Of a stretch of DNA of 21,250 nt, positions 17,869 to 21,250 are shown piece after piece. The stretch is taken from contig JAEOUH010000012.1 in NCBI GenBank assembly GCA_016839365.1, positions 1 to 21,250 of the forward strand, read 5' to 3'. The stretch comes from Candidatus Hermodarchaeota archaeon. GTDB taxonomy: Archaea > Asgardarchaeota > Hermodarchaeia > Hermodarchaeales > Hermodarchaeaceae. How positions within the stretch are numbered: position 1 is the stretch's first letter; each line of letters starts with the position of its first letter. Made by a program: the position numbers and the translations under genes. Below the pieces are notes generated by a model. That model was not told where the DNA came from. It saw only the letters and a program-made list of their open reading frames with translations, and did no database searches.

Positions 17869-18129
17869 ATGGCAAGTAAGGATGTGGGACAGGAACAACA
17901 ACTGGATTATGTTCCCATGGACACAAATGAGGAAATTCGCTATCACTGGGTGTACGAAACGTTTCAAGGGCAGGATATTGAGATCCAAGTGGTTCCCTCA
18001 GGATATGGTCGGTTTACCATTGACACCCCATGGTATCGTGCACAGGTGCGAACGCTTGATCTCCTTGACACCGTTGTTCGCTTCTGCCAAACCATGTACG
18101 GCCCTGGGAAACTTACCCTAGTCATTTGA
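17869..18129 (+). CDS. Hypothetical protein (86 aa)
   Basis: GGTGA RBS 7 nt upstream of the ATG. Preferred over the overlapping 17831 ORF. No known motif. Confidence 0.65.
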   Translation: MASKDVGQEQQLDYVPMDTNEEIRYHWVYETFQGQDIEIQVVPSGYGRFTIDTPWYRAQVRTLDLLDTVVRFCQTMYGPGKLTLVI

Positions 18130-18140
18130 TAGACGTACTG

Positions 18141-18575
18141 TTAGTTGGCCTTGATTTTCGGTGGCTTGAACTGAGCGAACAACGCTTTACTGGGCTCTTT
18201 TTCAAAGGCATAAGAAGCAATCCACACACCCTCATCGCCAAAATAATCCAAACTAAATCCTGCCGCTTGGAGATTGAGGATATACTGAAAGAGGATAATC
18301 GTTTCTTCTAAAGACATTCGGAGCTCGGATTGATTAGGTGAAGACCATTCGTTGATTGTGAGATTAGCATTCAGCCCCCACATCCTCTCCGGGAGTGTGA
18401 TTTCAACTTCCAATTTAATTTGGCGGGGCTGTTGAGGGTGTTGGATGAGAAGGATTCGGATTCGATCAGTTTCATGAACGGGAACGGAACTCTCGCAAAC
18501 GCCATTTGGAGCAAAATGGTTCCCACGGAAGGAACGGAGTCGCCGGTATTCTTTGATTAAATCCGAATACCTCAT
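18141..18575 (-). CDS. Hypothetical protein (144 aa)
   Basis: ORF with GGGTGA immediately upstream, divergent from SSB2. No recognised motif. Confidence 0.65.
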   Translation of the reverse strand: MRYSDLIKEYRRLRSFRGNHFAPNGVCESSVPVHETDRIRILLIQHPQQPRQIKLEVEITLPERMWGLNANLTINEWSSPNQSELRMSLEETIILFQYILNLQAAGFSLDYFGDEGVWIASYAFEKEPSKALFAQFKPPKIKAN

Positions 18576-18780
18576 GTCACCCGGGCTCCTTGTCAGGTCA
18601 CCCCTCCAATTGTGTTCGAATAAGCGTGCAGAAAGGTTGGCTATGGTGACATTTCTATTGACGTGTCCTAGAGGGGTTCCAAAAGGGTCTAAAAAACACC
18701 GAAATACGACAAACTGGGGAGCCGGTTCAGCTTAAATCGAACCATACTATTTGGTGTTCTGGAGAGCTAAGAGGCAAGGC

Positions 18781-18920
18781 TTTTTATACTGGTATCCGAT
18801 TGGCAGGTATATCAGCGCCGAAACGTGAATCGTATCTGGGCTAGACTCTTGATTTGGTTGAGTCCCGAGTAACGTTCTCTTTTTGGAAGCCTGATTTGAG
18901 ATAGATACGTGGTACCGAAA
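18781..18920 (+). promoter_or_regulatory. TATA box plus ~108-nt conserved structured leader of SSB2
   Basis: TTTTTATA 18781-18788, GAATCGTAT 18827-18835, TTGGAAGCCTG 18883-18893, ACGTGGTACCGAAA 18907-18920. Confidence 0.65.
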
Positions 18921-19436
18921 ATGAGTTATGATCGAGAGCCTGTAGAGGCAACAGTCGCAGACTTGCGACCCAGTATGAAAAGTTTGAACATCACCTTCAA
19001 GGTCGTCGAAAAAGGCGAAGAACGCGAAGTCACCTCACGTCGTGATGGTGAAACCCACCGAGTATTAGATGCGGTAGCCGGTGACTCCACTGGCACAGTT
19101 GTACTTTCCCTTTGGGACGACATGATTGATACAGTCGAAGAAGACAAGAGTTATCGTTTGGAAAATGGCTACACCAGCCTCTTCCAAGGCCATCTCCGAT
19201 TGAACATCGGACGCTATGGTGAACTGAAAGACGCAGAAACAGAAATTGACGAAATCGACACGGATAACGATCTTTCTGCCGCTGAACACGAACGACCACC
19301 CCGTCGATCCTTTGGAGGATATGGCGGTGGTCGCAGCTACGGAGGCGGTGGCGGTGACCGTGGCGGTGGTGGTTATCGTCGCGGCGGCGGCGGCTCACGC
19401 CGTGGCAGCCGAGACCGTGGTCGTGGACGCTACTAA
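18921..19436 (+). CDS. ssb: Crenarchaeal-type single OB-fold SSB (paralogue 2) with RGG/YGG tail
   Basis: OB domain nearly identical to SSB1. Gly/Arg/Tyr-rich C-terminal tail. Alternative GTG start at 18909. Confidence 0.88.
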   Translation: MSYDREPVEATVADLRPSMKSLNITFKVVEKGEEREVTSRRDGETHRVLDAVAGDSTGTVVLSLWDDMIDTVEEDKSYRLENGYTSLFQGHLRLNIGRYGELKDAETEIDEIDTDNDLSAAEHERPPRRSFGGYGGGRSYGGGGGDRGGGGYRRGGGGSRRGSRDRGRGRY

Positions 19437-19448
19437 AAACAAATCTTC

Positions 19449-19502
19449 AAGAACGGAGGCACTGCCACAAAGTCCGGCATGCTCTCCCGTTTTTCTTTTT
19501 TT
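19449..19502 (+). terminator. Hairpin plus T-tract after SSB2
   Basis: AACGG..GCA.TGCC / GGCA.TGC..CCGTT stem, followed by TTTTTCTTTTTT. Confidence 0.6.
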
Positions 19503-19528
19503 CAATGCATATGAACGAGGCCAAGGAC

Positions 19529-19999
19529 TTAGGCGGATTTTCGCTCGACCCGTGACCATTTGAAGCCTCGTGAACGTCGAGGGGGTTTGTTCTGACGAGT
19601 TTCAGATCCCATCATACGCTTGGACCCAGAGGAAGTAGAGCTAGCTTTTAATGATAGATTTTGTTCCCTATTGACTTCTTTGAAGATTTGGTCCGAAGGC
19701 TCAAGTCTTCCATTTCGTCCTAGACTAACTTGTAATTGTCCTTGGAAAAGCCCTGACTGTCCACTGATAATGCGAAAGGCTTTCCCATCTTCAATCAGTG
19801 AGATTTCATCATCCCAGAGTGTAAGGCGTAAGACGCCTGTTTCGTCTCCGATGAGTATATCGGCAACACGATGTTTGGAGCCGTCATGACGGCTTTGAAC
19901 ATTGCGAATAGTTCCAGTTTTTAGGGCCTTAAAGACGATTGTGAAGCCCTTTTGGTAAGGCTGAATGTTTGAAAGTTTTTGTGCATTGCTTGTTGACAA
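19529..19999 (-). CDS. Divergent single OB-fold SSB-like protein (paralogue 3), basic tail
   Basis: SRHDGSKHRVADILIGDETGVLRLTLWDD...GLFQGQLQVSLGR aligns with SSB1/2. TTG start. Confidence 0.8.
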   Translation of the reverse strand: MSTSNAQKLSNIQPYQKGFTIVFKALKTGTIRNVQSRHDGSKHRVADILIGDETGVLRLTLWDDEISLIEDGKAFRIISGQSGLFQGQLQVSLGRNGRLEPSDQIFKEVNREQNLSLKASSTSSGSKRMMGSETRQNKPPRRSRGFKWSRVERKSA

Positions 20000-20477
20000 A
20001 ATTATGACCTTAGTTTATTAGCTGATCTGCGAATCAAAAAAGCCGCCTTGACCCACAGACAAGCCATCTTTCACAAGCTAGTACCCAGGAGCCGCGTAAC
20101 TTTTCTTAAACAGACCGATTACACAATTCTCAGAGCCCCTTAAATATTTACCCTGTCACCAACGAATTACAGAGAACGATTCGTAAGAAGAACGCAAGAT
20201 AAATTTCAATATGCAAAAGCTAAGACTTTCTAAATTAAGAATGATAGTGTCTGAACCGATGAGTTTCTATAATCTCTTATTGCCGAAGTTAAGTCGAGTG
20301 CTATGGGTGAGAATGAATGAGATTTCCGTTCCATCCCTCTACGTTAGATGCACACTTCTAGACAAATATCTAAGCCCAGAACTTATATGAAGTGCTAGAA
20401 AATACATTAAATTCCTAAAAAAGGAAGAGGAACCCGTCCAAGAATTGAGACGAGTCCCGTAATATTGTCATCCCGAA

Positions 20478-21167
20478 CTATATGAGTTTGAACCAACAGG
20501 TGGGAGGTGCCTCTAGTGGTATCCAACCAAGGAATTTCAGTAGAGCGATGTCCATATCACTATTCCATTCGCCAGAATCATCTATAATGTAAAATTTAAA
20601 CGAATGTGGTCCATCTCCGATGACATCTTTGAGTTCACCGGCTCGAAAAACAGCTCCAACCCTGTAGAAATAAAGAGGATATCCTGGGTCACCCAAATGT
20701 GGAACAAAGACAATGGGTGAAATTCGAAGGTCCACCTCATATGGATTCTCAGTCTCCCAATCGATGATCACTTTTACTTCGATGGTTTCCTGCATTTCCT
20801 TAGCGGTCTTCTGTGTTAGTGGAATTCCGTCGTAGTCCCGATCGATGCTCATTCCGAAACCGATTACGATCTCGTCGTCACCATTATACTCGGGCATATC
20901 AGGATCCCAATCTTCCCCAGCCTGAAGGTTATCGAATGGCTCACACCACCAATAGAATATGAGACGACTGGTGTCAGGATCCCATGAGTCGATCATTGTT
21001 TGCCATGGCGCGGCGTGCCAATTGGATGGAAAATTGACGCCAAAACTGGGAATGTGGATGAATGAAATGAGTTCTCCGTGGCTGGCAGCAGCACGGGGGA
21101 CAAAGGCGAAGCCAAGGATTGGTACGAAAAGCGATAGCGCTAGTATTATCTTTGTTTTGTTTCTCAT
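20478..21167 (-). CDS. Secreted/exported hypothetical protein (229 aa)
   Basis: Signal peptide MRNKTK-hydrophobic-RAAA|S, GGAGGG RBS, acidic Trp/Pro/Asp-rich mature region. Confidence 0.8.
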   Translation of the reverse strand: MRNKTKIILALSLFVPILGFAFVPRAAASHGELISFIHIPSFGVNFPSNWHAAPWQTMIDSWDPDTSRLIFYWWCEPFDNLQAGEDWDPDMPEYNGDDEIVIGFGMSIDRDYDGIPLTQKTAKEMQETIEVKVIIDWETENPYEVDLRISPIVFVPHLGDPGYPLYFYRVGAVFRAGELKDVIGDGPHSFKFYIIDDSGEWNSDMDIALLKFLGWIPLEAPPTCWFKLI

Positions 21168-21250
21168 TGTTTGTTTTTCCCTCCAACTTGGTCGTTGAGT
21201 GTCCTAAAACGACCTGTGAAGCGATGGGTTTTAGGGTTTAATCGTTTTAA

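Overview
Archaeal chromosomal segment: TATA-type promoters, GGTGA/GTGGT/GGAGG ribosome-binding motifs, crenarchaeal-type single-OB SSBs and a Zfx-type ferredoxin. An Asgard-like lineage is my inference only. It holds about 28 CDSs: the end of a NifB/NifX + MinD-ferredoxin ATPase cluster with DUF5320-like and DUF134 genes, an acyl-CoA dehydrogenase, redox genes (Zn-ferredoxin, flavin reductase-rubredoxin, BCP peroxiredoxin, Fe-S proteins), a Tag-like protein, dihydropyrimidinase, a dual-specificity phosphatase, DUF362, an M20 peptidase, an MBL hydrolase, a tandem-duplicated Lrp/AsnC regulator, three SSB paralogues and several orphans. I saw no rRNA, tRNA, CRISPR array or transposase. The best signals are non-coding. 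(1) The double-Lrp gene is bracketed by an ungapped 92-bp imperfect inverted repeat (16579-16670 / 17718-17809). Each copy points outward at a small orphan gene, one of them an 80-aa secreted peptide, suggesting a regulator/peptide mini-regulon. (2) Two SSB paralogues 13 kb apart share a ~110-nt 5' leader with conserved motif blocks, conserved spacing from the TATA box and a base-paired closing stem, a candidate cis-regulatory RNA. (3) Tandem 20-bp pseudo-palindromic operators lie next to the DUF134 HTH gene. All alignments and pairings were done by eye; no database searches were run.
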